Assembly (NCBI RefSeq): GCF_009914755.1
Contig: NC_060925.1
Length of the DNA stretch: 64,000 nt
Direction: 5' to 3' (one strand)
Origin: the human T2T-CHM13v2.0 reference genome, Homo sapiens
In this document: piece after piece, positions 26,285 through 40,400 of the stretch
How positions within the stretch are numbered: position 1 is the first letter of the stretch
How the letters are laid out: every line of letters starts with the position of its first letter
The notes under the pieces: generated by a model
Seen by the model: only the letters and a program-made list of their open reading frames with translations
What the model was told of the DNA's origin: nothing
Database searches by the model: none
Made by a program: the position numbers and the translations under genes

Positions 26285-29200
26285 TCAATGGTAGAATACG
26301 AAATATCTTCCTATAGAAACTAGACAGAATGATTCTCATAAACTCCGTTGTGATGTGTGCGTTCAACTCACAGAGTTTAACCTTTCTTTTCATAGAGCAG
26401 TTAGGAAACACTCTGTTTGTAAAGTCTGCAAGTGGATATTCAGACCTCTTTGAGGCCTTCGTTGGAAACGGGATTTCTTCATATTCTGCTAGACAGAAGA
26501 ATTCTCAGTAACTTCCTTGTGTTGTGTGTATTCAACTCACAGAGTTGAACTATCCTTTACAGAGAGCAGACTTGAAACACTCTTTTTGTGGAATTTGCAA
26601 GTGGAGATTTCAGCCGCTTTGAGGTCAATGGTAGAATAGGAAATATCTTCCTATAGAAACTAGACAGAATGATTCTCATAAACTCCTTTGTGATGTGTGC
26701 GTTTAACTCACAGAGTTTAACCTTTCTTTTCATAGAGCAGTTAGGAAACACTCTGTTTGTTAAAGTCTGCAAGTGGATATTCAGACCTCTTTGAGGCCTT
26801 CGTTGGAAACGGGATTTCTTCATATTCTGCTAGACAGAAGAATTCTCAGTAACTTCCTTGTGTTGTGTGTATTCAACTCACAGAGTTGAACGATCCTTTA
26901 CACAGAGCAGACTTGAAACACTCTTTTTGTGGAATTTGCAAGTGGAGATTTCAGCCGCTTTTAGGTCAATGGTAGAATAGGAAATATCTTCCTATAGAAA
27001 CTAGACAGAATGATTCTCATAAACTCCTTTGTGATGTGTGCGTTCAACTCACAGAGTTTAACCTTTCTTTTCATAGAGCAGTTAGGAAACACTCTGTTTG
27101 TAAAGTCTGCAAGTGGATATTCAGACCTCTTTGAGGCTTCGTTGGAAACGGGATTTCTTCATATTCTGCTAGACAGAAGAATTCTCAGTAACTTCCTTGT
27201 GTTGTGTGTATTCAACTCACAGAGTTGAACGATCCTTTACACAGAGCAGACTTGAAACACTCTTTTTGTGGAATTTGCAAGTGGAGATTTCAGCCGCTTT
27301 GAGGTCAATAGTAGAAAAGGAAATATCTTCGTAGAAAAACTAGACAGAATGATTCTCAGAAACTCCTTTGTGATGTGTGTGTTCAACTCACAGAGTTTAA
27401 CCTTTCTTTTCATAGAGCAGTTAGGAAACACTCTGTTTATAAAGTCTGCAAGTGGATATTCAGACCCCTTTGAGGCCTTCTTTGGAAACGGGATTTCTTC
27501 ATATTCTGCTAGACAGAAGAATTCTCAGTAACTTCCTTTTGTTGTGTGTATTCAACTCACAGAGTTGAAAGATCCTTTACACAGAGCATTCTTGAAACAC
27601 TCTTTTTGTGGAATTTGCAAGTGGAGATTTCAGCCGCTTTGAGGTCAATAGTAGAAAAGGAAATATCTTCGTAGAAAAACTAGACAGAATGATTCTCAGA
27701 AACTCCTTTGTGATGTGTGTGTTCAACTCACAGAGTTGAACCTTTCTTTTCATAGAGCAGTTAGTAAACACTCTGTTTATAAAGTCTGCAAGTGGATATT
27801 CAGATCCCTTTGAGGCCTTCGTTGGAAACGGGATTTCTTCATATTATGCTAGACAGAAGAATTCTCAGTAACTTCCTTGTGTTGTGTGTATTCAACTGAC
27901 AGAGTTGAACTTTCATTTAGAGAGAGCAGATTTGAAACACTGTTTTTGTGGAATTTGCAAGTGGAGATTTCAAGCGCTTTGGGGCCAAAGGCAGAAAAGG
28001 AAATATCTTCGTATAAAAACTAGACAGAATCATTCTCAGAAACTGCTGCGTGATGTGTGCGTTCAACTCTCAGAGTTTAACTTTTCTTTTCATTCAGCGG
28101 TTTGGAAACACTCTGTTTGTAAAGTCTACACGTGGATATTCTGACCACTTAGAGGCCTTCGTTGGAAACGGGTTTTTTGCATGTAAGGCTAGACAGAAGA
28201 ATTCCCAGTAACTTCCTTGTGTTGTGTGCATTCAACTCACAGAGTTGAACGTTCCCTTAGACAGAGCAGATTTGAAACACTCTATTTGTGCAATTTGCAA
28301 GTGTAGATTTCAAGCGCTTTAAGGTCAATGGCAGAAAAGGAAATATCTTCGTTTCAAAACTAGACAGAATCATTCCCACAAACTGCGTTGTGATGTGTTC
28401 GTTCAACTCACAGAGTTTGACCTTTCTGTTCATAGAGCAGTTAGGAAACACTCTGTTTGTAAAGTCTGTAAGTGGATATTCTGACATCTTGTGGCCTTCG
28501 TTGGAAACGGGATTTCTTCATATTCTGCTAGACAGAAGAATTCTCAGTAACTTCCTTGTGTTGTGTGTATTCAACTCACAGAGTTGAACGATCCTTTACA
28601 CAGAGCAGACTTGAAACACTCTTTTTGTGGAATTTGCAAGTGGAGATTTCAGCCGCTTTGAGGTCAATAGTAGAAAAGGAAATATCTTCGTAGAAAAACT
28701 AGACAGAATGATTCTCAGAAACTCCTTTGTGATGTGTGTGTTCAACACACAGAGTTTAACCTTTCTTTTCATAGAGCAGTTAGTAAACACTCTGTTTATA
28801 AAGTCTGCAAGTGGATATTCAGACCCCTTTGAGGCCTTCTTTGGAAAAGGGATTTCTTCATATTCTGCTAGACAGAAGAATTCTCAGTAACTTCCTTGTG
28901 TTGTGTGTATTCAACTGACAGAGTTGAACTTTCATTTAGAGAGAGCAGATTTGAAACACTGTTTTTGTGGAATTTGCAAGTGGAGATTTCAAGCGCTTTG
29001 GGGCCAAAGATAGAAAAGGAAATATCTTCGTATAAAAACTAGACAGAATCATTATCAGAAACTGCTGCGTGATGTGTGTGTTCAACTCTCAGAGTTTAAC
29101 TTTTCTTTTCATTCAGCGGTTTAGAAACACTCTGTTTGTAAAGTCTGCACGTGGATATTTTGACCACTTAGAGGCCTTCGTTGGAAACGGGTTTTTTGCA

Positions 29201-32148
29201 TGTAAGGCTAGACAGAAGAATTCCCAGTAACTTCCTTGTGTTGTGTGCATTCAACTCACAGAGTTGAACGTTCCCTTGGACAGAGCAGATTTGAAACACT
29301 CTATTTGTGCAATTTGCAAGTGTATATTTCAAGCGATTTAAGGTCAAAGGCAGAAAAGGAAATATCTTCGTTTCAAAACTAGACAGAATCATTCCCACAA
29401 ACTACGTTGTGATGTGTTCGTTCAACTCACAGAGTTTAACCTTTCTGTTCATAGAGCAGTTAGGAAACACTCTGTTTGTAAAGTCTGTAAGTGGATATTC
29501 TGACATCTTGTGGCCTTCGTTGGAAACGGGATTTCTTCATATTCTGCTAGACAGAAGAATTCTCAGTAACTTCCTTGTGTTGTGTGTATTCAACTCACAG
29601 AGTAGAACGATCCTTTACACAGAGCAGACTTGAAACACTCTTTTTGTGGAATTTGCAAGTGGAGATTTCAGCCGCTTTGAGGTCAATGTTAGAATAGGAA
29701 ATATCTTCCTATAGAAACTAGACAGAATGATTCTCAGAAACTCCTTTGTGATGTGTGCGTTCAACTCACAGAGTTTAACCTTTCTTTTCATAGAGCAGTC
29801 AGGAAACACTCTGTGTGTAAAGTCTGCAAGTGGATATTCAGACCTCCTTGAGGCCTTCGTTGGAAACCGGATTTCTTCATATTCTGCTAGACAGAAGAAT
29901 TCTCAGTAACTTCCTTGTGTTGTGTGTATTCAACTCACAGAGTTGAACGATCCTTTACACAGAGCAGACTTGAAACACTCTTTTTGTGGAATTTGCAAGT
30001 GGAGATTTCAGCCGCTTTGAGGTCAATGGTAGAATAGTAAATATCTTCCTATAGAAACAAGAGAGAATGATTCTCAGAAACTCCTTTGTGATGTGTGCGT
30101 TCAACTCACAGAGTTTAACCATTCTTTTCATAGAGCAGTTAGGAAACACTCTGCTTGTAAAGTCTGCAAGTGGATATTCAGACCTCCTTGAGGCCTTCGT
30201 TGGAAACGGGATTTCTTCATATTCTGCTAGACAGAAGAATTCTCAGTAACTTCCTTGTGTTGTGTGTATTCAACTCACAGAGTTGAACGATCCTTTACAG
30301 AGAGCAGACTTGAAACACTCTTTTTGTGGAATTTGCAAGTGGAGATTTCAGCCGCTTTGAGGTCAATGGTAGAATAGGAAATATCTTCCTATAGAAACTA
30401 GACAGAATGATTCTCAGAAACTCCTTTGTGATGTGTGCGTTCAACTCACAGAGTTTAACCTTTCTTTTCATAGAGCAGTTAGGAAACACTCTGTTTGTAA
30501 AGTCTGCAAGTGGATATTCAGACCTCTTTGAGGCCTTCGTTGGAAACGGGATTTCTTCATATTCTGCTAGACAGAAGAATTCTCAGTAACTTCCTTGTGT
30601 TGTGTGTATTCAACTGACAGAGTTGAACTTTCATTTAGAGAGAGCAGATTTGAAACACTGTTTTTGTGGAATTTGCAAGTGGAGATTTCAAGCGCTTTTG
30701 GGCCAAAGGCAGAAAAGGAAATATCTTCGTATAAAAACTAGACAGAATCATTCTCAGAAACTGCTGCGTGATGTGTGCGTTCAACTCTCAGAGTTTAACT
30801 TTTCTTTTCATTCAGCGGTTTGGAAACACTCTGTTTGTAAAGTCTGCACGTGGATATTTTGACCACTTAGAGGCCTTCGTTGGAAACGGGTTTTTTTCAT
30901 GTAAGGCTAGACAGAAGAATTCCCAGTAACTTCCTTGTGTTGTGTGCATTCAACTCACAGAGTTGAACGTTCCCTTAGACAGAGCAGATTTGAAACACTC
31001 TATTTGTGCAATTTGCAAGTGTAGATTTCAAGCGCTTTAAGGTCAATGGCAGAAAAGGAAATATCTTCGTTTCAAAACTAGACAGAATCATTCCCACAAA
31101 CTGCGTTGTGATGTGTTCGTTCAACTCACAGAGTTTAACCTTTCTGTTCATAGAGCAGTTAGGAAACACTCTGTTTGTAAAGTCTGTAAGTGGATATTCT
31201 GACATCTTGTGGCCTTCGTTGGAAACGGGATTTCTTCATATTCTGCTAGACAGAAGAATTCTCAGTAACTTCCTTGTGTTGTGTGTATTCAACTCACAGA
31301 GTTGAACGATCCTTTACACAGAGCAGACTTGAAACACTCTTTTTGTGGAATTTGCAAGTGGAGATTTCAGCCGCTTTGAGGTCAATGTTAGAATAGGAAA
31401 TATCTTCCTATAGAAACTAGACAGAATGATTCTCAGAAACTCCTTTGTGATGTGTGCGTTCAACTCACAAAGTTTAACCTTTCTTTTCATAGAGCAGTTA
31501 GGAAACACTCTGTGTGTAAAGTCTGCAAGTGGATATTCAGACCTCCTTGAGGCCTTCGTTGGAAACGGGATTTCTTCATATTCTGCTAGACAGAAGAATT
31601 CTCAGTAACTTCGTTGTGTTGTTTGTATTCAACTCACAGAGTTGAACGATCCTTTACACAGAGCAGACTTGAAACACTCTTTTTGTGGAATTTGCAAGTG
31701 GAGATTTCAGCCGCTTTGAGGTCAATGGTAGAAAAGGAAATATCTTCGTATAAAGACTAGACAGAATGATTCTCAGAAACTCCTTTGTGATGTGTGCGTT
31801 CAACTCACAGAGTTTAACCTTTCTTTTCATAGAGCAGTTAGGAAACACTCTGTTTGTAAAGTCTGCAAGTGGATATTCAGACCTCTTTGAGGCCTTCGTT
31901 GGAAACGGGATTTCTTCATATTCTGCTAGACAGAATAATTCTCAGTAACTTCCTTGTGTTGTGTGTATTCAACTGACAGAGTTGAACTTTCATTTAGAGA
32001 GAGCAGATTTGAAACACTGTTTTTGTGGAATTTGCAGGTGGAGATTTCAAGCGCTTTGGGGCCAAAGGCAGAAAAGGAAATATCTTCGTATAAAAACTAG
32101 ACAGAATAATTCTCAGAAACTGCTGCGTGATGTGTGCGTTCAACTCTC

Positions 32149-32329
32149 AGAGTTTAACTTTTCTTTTCATTCAGCGGTTTGGAAACACTCTGTTTGTAAA
32201 GTCTGCACGTGGATATTTTGACCACTTAGAGTTTAACCTTTCTTTTCATAGAGCAGTTAGTAAACACTCTGTTTATAAAGTCTGCAAGTGGATATTCAGA
32301 CCCCTTTGAGGCCTTTGTTGGAAACGGGA
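32149..32329 (+). other. Out-of-register monomer junction (+79 bp) with AGAG microhomology at 32228-32231
   Basis: The sequence reads TTTTGACCACTT-AGAG-TTTAACCTTTCTTTTCATAGAGCAGTTAGTAAAC instead of ...ACCACTTAGAGGCCTTCGTTGG. X-dimer spacing from 31961 to 32380 is 419 = 340 + 79. Confidence 0.95.
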
Positions 32330-34420
32330 TTTCTTCATATTATGCTAGACAGAAGAATTCTCAGTAACTTCCTTGTGTTGTGTGTATTCACCTGACAGAG
32401 TTGAACTTTCATTTAGAGAGAGCAGATTTGAAACACTGTTTTTGTGGAATTTGCAAGTGGAGATTTCAAGCGCTTTGGGGCCAAAGGCAGAAAAGGAAAT
32501 ATCTTCGTATAAAAACTAGACAGAATCATTCTCAGAAACTGCTGCGTGATGTGTGCGTCCAACTCTCAGAGTTTAACTTTTCTTTTCATTCAGCGGTTTG
32601 GAAACACTCTGTTTGTAAAGTCTGCACGTGGATATTTTGACCACTTAGAGGCCTTCGTTGGAAACGGGTTTTTTTCATGTAAGGCTAGACAGAAGAATTC
32701 CCAGTAACTTCCTTGTGTTGTGTGCATTCAACTCACAGAGTTGAACGTTTCCTTAGACAGAGCAGAATTGAAACACTCTATTTGTGCAATTTGCAAGTGT
32801 AGATTTCAAGCGCTTTAAGGTCAGTGGCAGAAAAGGAAATATCTTCGTTTCAAAACTAGACAGAATCATTCCCACAAACTGCGTTGTGATGTGTTCGTTC
32901 AACTCACACAGTTTAACCTTTCTGTTCATAGAGCAGTTAGGAAACACTCTGTTTGTAAAGTCTCTAAGTGGATATTCTGACATCTTGTGGCCTTCGTTGG
33001 AAACGGGATTTCTTCATATTCTGCTAGACAGAAGAATTCTCAGTAACTTCCTTGTGTTGTGTGTATTCAACTCACACAGTTGAACGATCCTTTACACAGA
33101 GCAGACTTGAAACACTCTTTTCGTGGAATTTGCAAGTGGAGATTTCAGCCGCTTTGAGGTCAATTGTAGAATAGGAAATATCTTCCTATAGAAACTAGAC
33201 AGAATGATTCTCATAAACTCCTTTGTGATGTGTGCGTTCAACTCACAGAGTTTAACCTTTCTTTTGATAGAGCAGTTAGGAAACACTCTGTTTGTAAAGT
33301 CTGCAAGTGGATATTCAGACCTCTTTGAGGCCTTCGTTGGAAACGGGATTTCTTCATATTCTGCTAGACAGAAGAATTCTCAGTAACTTCCTTGTGTTGT
33401 GTGTATTCAACTCACAGAGTTGAACGATCCTTTACACAGAGCAGACTTGAAACACTCTTTTTGTGGAATTTGCAAGTGGAGATTTCAGCCGCTTTGAGGT
33501 CAATAGTAGAAAAGGAAATATCTTCGTAGAAAAACTAGACAGAATGATTCTCAGAAACTCCTTTGTGATGTGTGTGTTCAACTCACAGAGTTTAACCTTT
33601 CTTTTCATAGAGCAGTTAGGAAACACTCTGTTTATAAAGTCTGCAAGTGGATATTCAGACCCCTTTGTGGCCTTCGTTGGAAACGGGATTTCTTCATATT
33701 ATGCTAGACAGAAGAATTCTCAGTAACTTCCTTGTGTTGTGTGTATTCAACTAACAGAGTTGAACTTTCATTTAGAGAGAGCAGATTTGAAACACTGTTT
33801 TTGTGGAATTTGCAAGTGGAGATTTCAAGCGCTTTGGGGCCAAAGGCAGAAAACGAAATATCTTCGCATAAAAACTAGACAGAATCATTCTCAGAAACTG
33901 CTGCGTGATGTGTGCCTTCAACTCTCAGAGTTTAACTTTTCTTTTCATTCAGCGGTTTGGAAACACTCTGTTTGTAAAGTCTGCACGTGGATATTTTGAC
34001 CACTTAGAGGCCTTCGTTGGAAACGGGTTTTTTTCTTGTAAGGCTAGACAGAAGAATTCCCAGTAACTTCCTTGTGTTGTGTACATTCAACTCACAGAGT
34101 TGAACGTTCCCTTAGACAGAGCAGATTTGTAACACTCTATTTGTGCAATTTGCAAGTGTAGATTTCAAGCGCTTTAAGGTCAATGGCAGAAAAGGAAATA
34201 ACTTCGTTTCAAAACTAGACAGAATCATTCCCACAAACTGCGTTGTGATGTGTTCGTTCAACTCACTGAGTTTAACCTTTCTGTTCATAGAGCAGTTAGG
34301 AAACACTCTGTTTGTAAAGTCTGCAAGTGGATATTCTGACATCTTGTGGCCTTCGTTGGAAACGGGATTTCTTCATATTCTGCTAGACAGAAGAATTCTC
34401 AGTAACTTCCTTGTGTTGTG

Positions 34421-37400
34421 TGTATTCAACTCACAGAGTTGAAAGATCCTTTACACAGAGCAGACTTGAAACACTCTTTTTGTGGAATTTGCAAGTGGAG
34501 ATTTCAGCCGCTTTGAGGTCAATGGTAGAAAAGGAAATATCTTCGTATAAAGACTAGACAGAATGATTCTCAGAATCTCCTTTGTGATGTGTGCGTTCAA
34601 CTCACAGAGTTTAACCTTTCTGTTCATAGAGCAGTTAGGAAACACTCTGTTTGTAAAGTCTGCAAGTGGATATTCAGACCTCTTTGAGGCCTTCGTTGGA
34701 AACGGGATTTCTTCATATTATGCTAGACAGAATAATTCTTAGTAACTTCCTTGTGTTGTGTGTATTCAACTCACAGAGTTGAACGATCCTTTACAGAGAG
34801 CAGACTTGAAACACTCTTTTTGTGGAATTTGCAAGTGGAGATTTCAGCCGCTTTGAGGTCAATGGTAGAATAGGAAATATCTTCCTATAGAAACTAGACA
34901 GAATGATTCTCAGAAACTCCTTTGTGATGTGTGCGTTCAACTCACAGAGTTTATCCTTTCTTTTCATAGAGCAGTTAGGAAACACTCTGTTTGTAAAGTC
35001 TGCAAGTGGATATTCAGACCTCTTTGAGGCCTTCGTTGGAAACGGGATTTCTTCATATTATGCTAGACAGAAGAATTCTCAGTAACTTCCTTGTGTTGTG
35101 TGTATTCAACTCACAGAGTTGAACGATCCTTTACACAGAGCAGACTTGAAACACTCTTTTTGTGGAATTTGCAAGTGGACATTTCAGCCGCTTTGAGGTC
35201 AATAGTAGAAAAGGAAATATCTTCGAAGAAAAACTAGACAGAATGATTCTCAGAAACTCCTTTGTGATGTGTGTGTTCAACTCACAGAGTTTAACCTTTC
35301 TTTTCATAGAGCAGTTAGTAAACACTCTGTTTATAAAGTCTGCAAGTGGATATTCAGACCCCTTTGAGGCCTTCGTTGGAAACGGGATTTCTTCATATTA
35401 TGCTAGACAGAAGAATTCTCAGTAACTTCCTTGTGTTGTGTGTATTCAACTGACAGAGTTGAACTTTCATTTAGAGAGAGCAGATTTGAAACACTGTTTT
35501 TGTGGAATTTGCAGGTGGAGATTTCAAGCGATTTGGGGCCAAATGCAGAAAAGGAAATATCTTCGTATAAAAACTAGACAGAATCATTCTCAGAAACTGC
35601 TGCGTGATGTGTGCGTTCAACTCTCAGAGTTTAACTTTTCTTTTCATTCAGCGGTTTGGAAACACTCTGTTTGTAAACTCTGCACGTGGATATTTTGACC
35701 ACTTAGAGGCCTTCGTTGGAAACGGGTTTTTTTCATGTAAGGCTAGACAGAAGAATTCCCAGTAACTTCCTTGTGTTGTGTGCATTCAACTCACAGAGTT
35801 GAACGTTCCCTTAGACAGAGCAGATTTGAAACACTCTATTTGTGCAATTTGCAAGTGTAGATTTCAAGCGCTTTAAGGTCAATGGCAGAAAAGGAAATAT
35901 CTTCGTTTCATAACTAGACAGAATCATTCCCACAAACTGCGTTGTGATGTGTTCGTTCAACTCACAGAGTTTAACCTTTCTGTTCATAGAGCAGTTAGGA
36001 AACACTCTGTTTGTAAAGTCTGTAAGTGGATATTCTGACATCTTGTGGCCTTCGTTGGAAACGGGATTTCTTCATAGTCTGCTAGACAGAAGAATTCTCA
36101 GTAACTTCCTTGTGTTGTGTGTATTCAACTCACAGAGTTGAACGATCCTTTACACAGAGCAGACTTGAAACACTCTTTTTGTGGAATTTGCAAGTGGAGA
36201 TTTCAGCCGCTTTGAGGTCAATGGTAGAATAGGAAATATCTTCTTATAGAAAATAGACAGAATGATTCTCATAAACTCCTTTGTGATGTGTGCGTTCAAC
36301 TCACAGAGTTTAACTTTTCTTTTCATAGAGCAGTTAGGAAACACTCTGTTTGTAAAGTCTGCAAGTGGATATTCAGACCTCTTTGAGGCCTTCCTTGGAA
36401 ACGGGATTTCTTCATATTCTGCTAGACAGAAGAATTCTCAGTAACTTCCTTGTGTTGTGTGTATTCAACTCACAGAGTTGAACGATCCTTTACAGAGAGC
36501 AGACTTGAAACACTCTTTTTGTGGAATTTGCAAGTGGAGATTTCAGCCGCTTTGAGCTCAATGGTAGAATAGGAAATATCTTCCTATAGAAACTAGACAG
36601 AATGATTCTCATAAACTCCTTTGTGATGTGTGCATTCAACTCACAGAGTTTCACCTTTCTTTTCATAGAGCAGTTAGAAAAAACTCTGTTTGTAAAGTCT
36701 GCAAGTGGATATTCAGACCTCCTTGAGGCCTTCGTTGGAAACGGGATTTCTTCATATTATGCTAGACAGAACAATTCTCAGTAACTTCCTTGTGTTGCGT
36801 GTATTCAACTCACAGAGTTGAACGATCCTTTACACAGAGCAGACTTGAAACACTCTTTTTGTGGAATTTGCAAGTGGAGATTTCAGCCGCTTTGAGGTCA
36901 ATGGTAGAAAAGGAAACTATCTTCGTATAAAGACTAGACAGAATGATTCTCAGAAAATCCTTTGTGATGTGTGCATTCCACTCACAGAGTTTAACTTTTC
37001 TTTTCATAGAGCAGTTAGGAAACACTCTGTTTGTAAAGTCTGCAAGTGGATATTCAGACCTCTTTGAGGCCTTCGTTGGAAACGGGATTTCTTCATATTA
37101 TGCTAGACAGAAGAATTCTCAGTAACTTCCTTGTGTTGTGTGTATTCAAGTCACAGAGTTGAACGATCCTTTACAGAGAGCAGACTTGAAACACTCTTTT
37201 TGTGGAATTTGCAAGTGGAGATTTCAGCCGCTTTGAGGTCAATGGTAGAATAGGAAATATCTTCCTATAGAAACTAGACAGAATGATTCTCAGAAACTCC
37301 TTTGTGATGTGTGCGTTCAACTCACAGAGTTTAACCTTTCTTTTCATAGAGCAGTTAGGAAACACTCTGTTTGTAAAGTCTGCAAGTGGATATTCAGACC

Positions 37401-40400
37401 TCTTTGAGGCCTTCGCTGGAAAAGGGATTTCTTCATATTATGCTAGACAGAAGAATTCTCAGTAACTTCCTTGTGTTGTGTGTATTCAACTGACAGAGTT
37501 GAACTTTCATTTAGAGAGAGCAGATTTGAAACACTGTTTTTGTGGAATTTGCAAGTGGAGATTTCAAGCGCTTTGGGGCCAAAGGCAGAAAAGGATATAT
37601 CTTCGTATAAAAACTAGACAGAATCATTCTCAGAAACTGCTGCGTGATGTGTGCGTTCAACTCTCAGAGTTTAACTTTTCTTTTCATTCAGCGGTTTGGA
37701 AACACTCTGTTTGTAAAGTCTGCACGTGGATATTTTGACCACTTAGAGGCCTTCGTTGGAAACGGGTTTTTTTCATGTAAGGCTAGACAGAAGAATTCCC
37801 AGTAACTTCCTTGTGTTGTGTGCATTCAACTCACAGAGTTGAACGTTCCCTTAGACAGAGCAGATTTGAAACACTCTATTTGTGCAATTTGCAAGTGTAG
37901 ATTTGAAGCGCTTTAAGGTCAATGGCAGAAAAGGAAATATCTTCGTTTCAAAACTAGACAGAATCATTCCCACAAACTGCGTTGTGATGTGTTCGTTCAA
38001 CTCACAGAGTTTAACCTTTCTGTTCATAGAGCAGTTAGGAAACACTCTGTTTGTAAAGTCTGTAAGTGGATATTCTGACATCTTGTGGCCTTCGTTGGAA
38101 ACGGGATTTCTACATATTCTGCTAGACAGAAGAATTCTCAGTAACTTCCTTGTGTTGTGTGTATTCAATTCACAGAGTTGAATGATCCTTTACACAGAGC
38201 AGACTTGAAACACTCTTTTTGTGGAATTTGCAAGTGGAGATTTCAGCCGCTTTGAGGTCAATGGTAGAACAGGAAATATCTTCCTATAGAAACTAGACAG
38301 AATGATTCTCAGAAACTCCTTTGTGATGTGTGCGTTCAACTAACAGAGTTTAACCTTTCTTTTCATAGAGCAGTTAGGAAACACTCTGTTTGTAAAGTCT
38401 GCAAGTGGATATTCAGACCTCCTTGAGGCCTTCGTTGGCAACAGGATTTCTTCATATTCTGCTAGACAGAAGAATTCTCAGTAACTTCCTTGTGTTGTGT
38501 GTATTCAACTCACAGAGTTGAACGATCCTTTACAGAGAGCAGACTTGAAACACTCTTTTTGTGGAATTTGCAAGTGGAGATTTCATCCGCTTTGAGGTCA
38601 ATGGTGGAAAAGGAAATATCTTCGTATAAAGACTAGACAGAATGATGCTCAGAAACTCCTTTGTGATGTGTGCGTTCAACTCACAGAGTTTAACTTTTCT
38701 TTTCATAGAGTAGTTAGGAAACACTCTGTGTGTAAAGTCTGCAAGTGGATATTCAGACCTCTTTGAGGCCCTCGTTGGAAACGGGATTTCTTCATATTAT
38801 GCTAGACAGAATAATTCTCAGTAACTTCCTTGTGTTGTGTGTATTCAACTCACAGAGTTGAACGATCCTTTACAGAGAGCAGACTTGAAACACTCTTTTT
38901 GTGGAATTTGCAAGTGGAGATTTCAGCCGCTTTGAGGTCAATGGTAGAATAGGAAATATCTTCCTATAGAAACTACACAGAATGATTCTCAGAAACTCCT
39001 TTGTGATGTGTGCGTTCAACTCACAGAGTTTAACCTTTCTTTTCATAGAGCAGTTAGGAAACACTCTGTTTGTAAAGTCTGCAAGTGGATATTCAGACCT
39101 CTTTGAGGCCTTCGTTGTAAACGGGATTTCTTCATATTCTGCAAGACAGAAGAATTCTCAGTAACTTCCTTGTGTTGTGTGTATTCAACTGACAGAGTTG
39201 AACTTTCATTTAGAGAGAGCAGATTTGAAACACTGTTTTTGTGGAATTTGCAAGTGGAGATTTCAAGCGCTTTGGGGCCAAAGGCAGAAAACGAAATATC
39301 TTCGTATAAAAACTAGACAGAATCATTCTCAGAAACTGCTGCGTGATGTGTGCGTTCAACTCTCAGAGTTTAACTTTTCTTTTCATTCAGCGGTTTGGAA
39401 ACACTCTGTTTGTAAAGTCTGCACGTGGATATTTTGACCACTTAGAGGCCTTCGTTGGAAACGGGTTTTTTTCATGTAAGGCTAGACAGAAGAATTCCCA
39501 GTAACTTCCTTGTGTTGTGTGCATTCAACTCACAGAGTTGAACGTTCCCTTAGACAGAGCAGATTTGAAACACTCTATTTGTGCAATTTGCAAGTGTAGA
39601 TTTGAAGCGCTTTAAGGTCAATGGCAGAAAAGGAAATATGTTCGTTTCAAAACTAGACAGAATCATTCCCACAAACTGCTTTGTGATGTGTTCGTTCAAC
39701 TCACAGAGTTTAACCTTTCTGTTCATAGAGCAGTTAGGAAACACTCTGTTTGTAAAGTCTGCAAGTGGATATTCTGACATCTTGTGGCCTTCGTTGGAAA
39801 CGGGATTTCTTCATATTCTGCTACACAGAAGAATTCTCAGTAACTTCCTTGTGTTGTGTGTATTCAACTCACAGAGTTGAACGATCCTTTACACAGAGCA
39901 GACTTGAAACACTCTTTTTGTGGAATTTGCAAGTGGAGATTTCAGCCGCTTTGAGGTCAATGGTAGAAAAGGAAATATCTTCGTATAAAGACTAGACAGA
40001 ATGATTCTCAGAAACTCCTTTGTGATGTGTGCGTTCAACTCACAGAGTTTAACTTTTCTTTTCATAGAGCAGTTAGGAAACACTCTGTTTGTAAAGTCTG
40101 CAAGTGGATATTCAGACCTCTTTGAGGCCTTCGTTGGAAACGGGATTTCTTCATATTATGCTAGACAGAATAATTCTCAGTAACTTCCTTGTGTTGTGTG
40201 TATTCAACTCACAGAGTTGAACGATCCTTTACAGAGAGCAGACTTGAAACACTCTTTTTGTGGAATTTGCAAGTGGAGATTTCAGCCGCTTTGAGGTCAA
40301 TGGTAGAATAGGAAATATCTTCCTATAGAAACTAGACAGAATGATTCTCAGAAACTCCTTTGTGATGTGTGTGTTCAACTCACAGAGTTTAATCTTTCTT

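Larger units (their letters stand above)
4074..26499 (+). repeat. Super-repeat copy A (contains the internal 8,156 bp duplication)
   Basis: Shares ordered private variants with 26500-43280 at offsets 22426 (4.1-6.4 kb), 25903 (6.3-7.2 kb) and 24886/16730 (9.5-26.5 kb). Confidence 0.75.
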
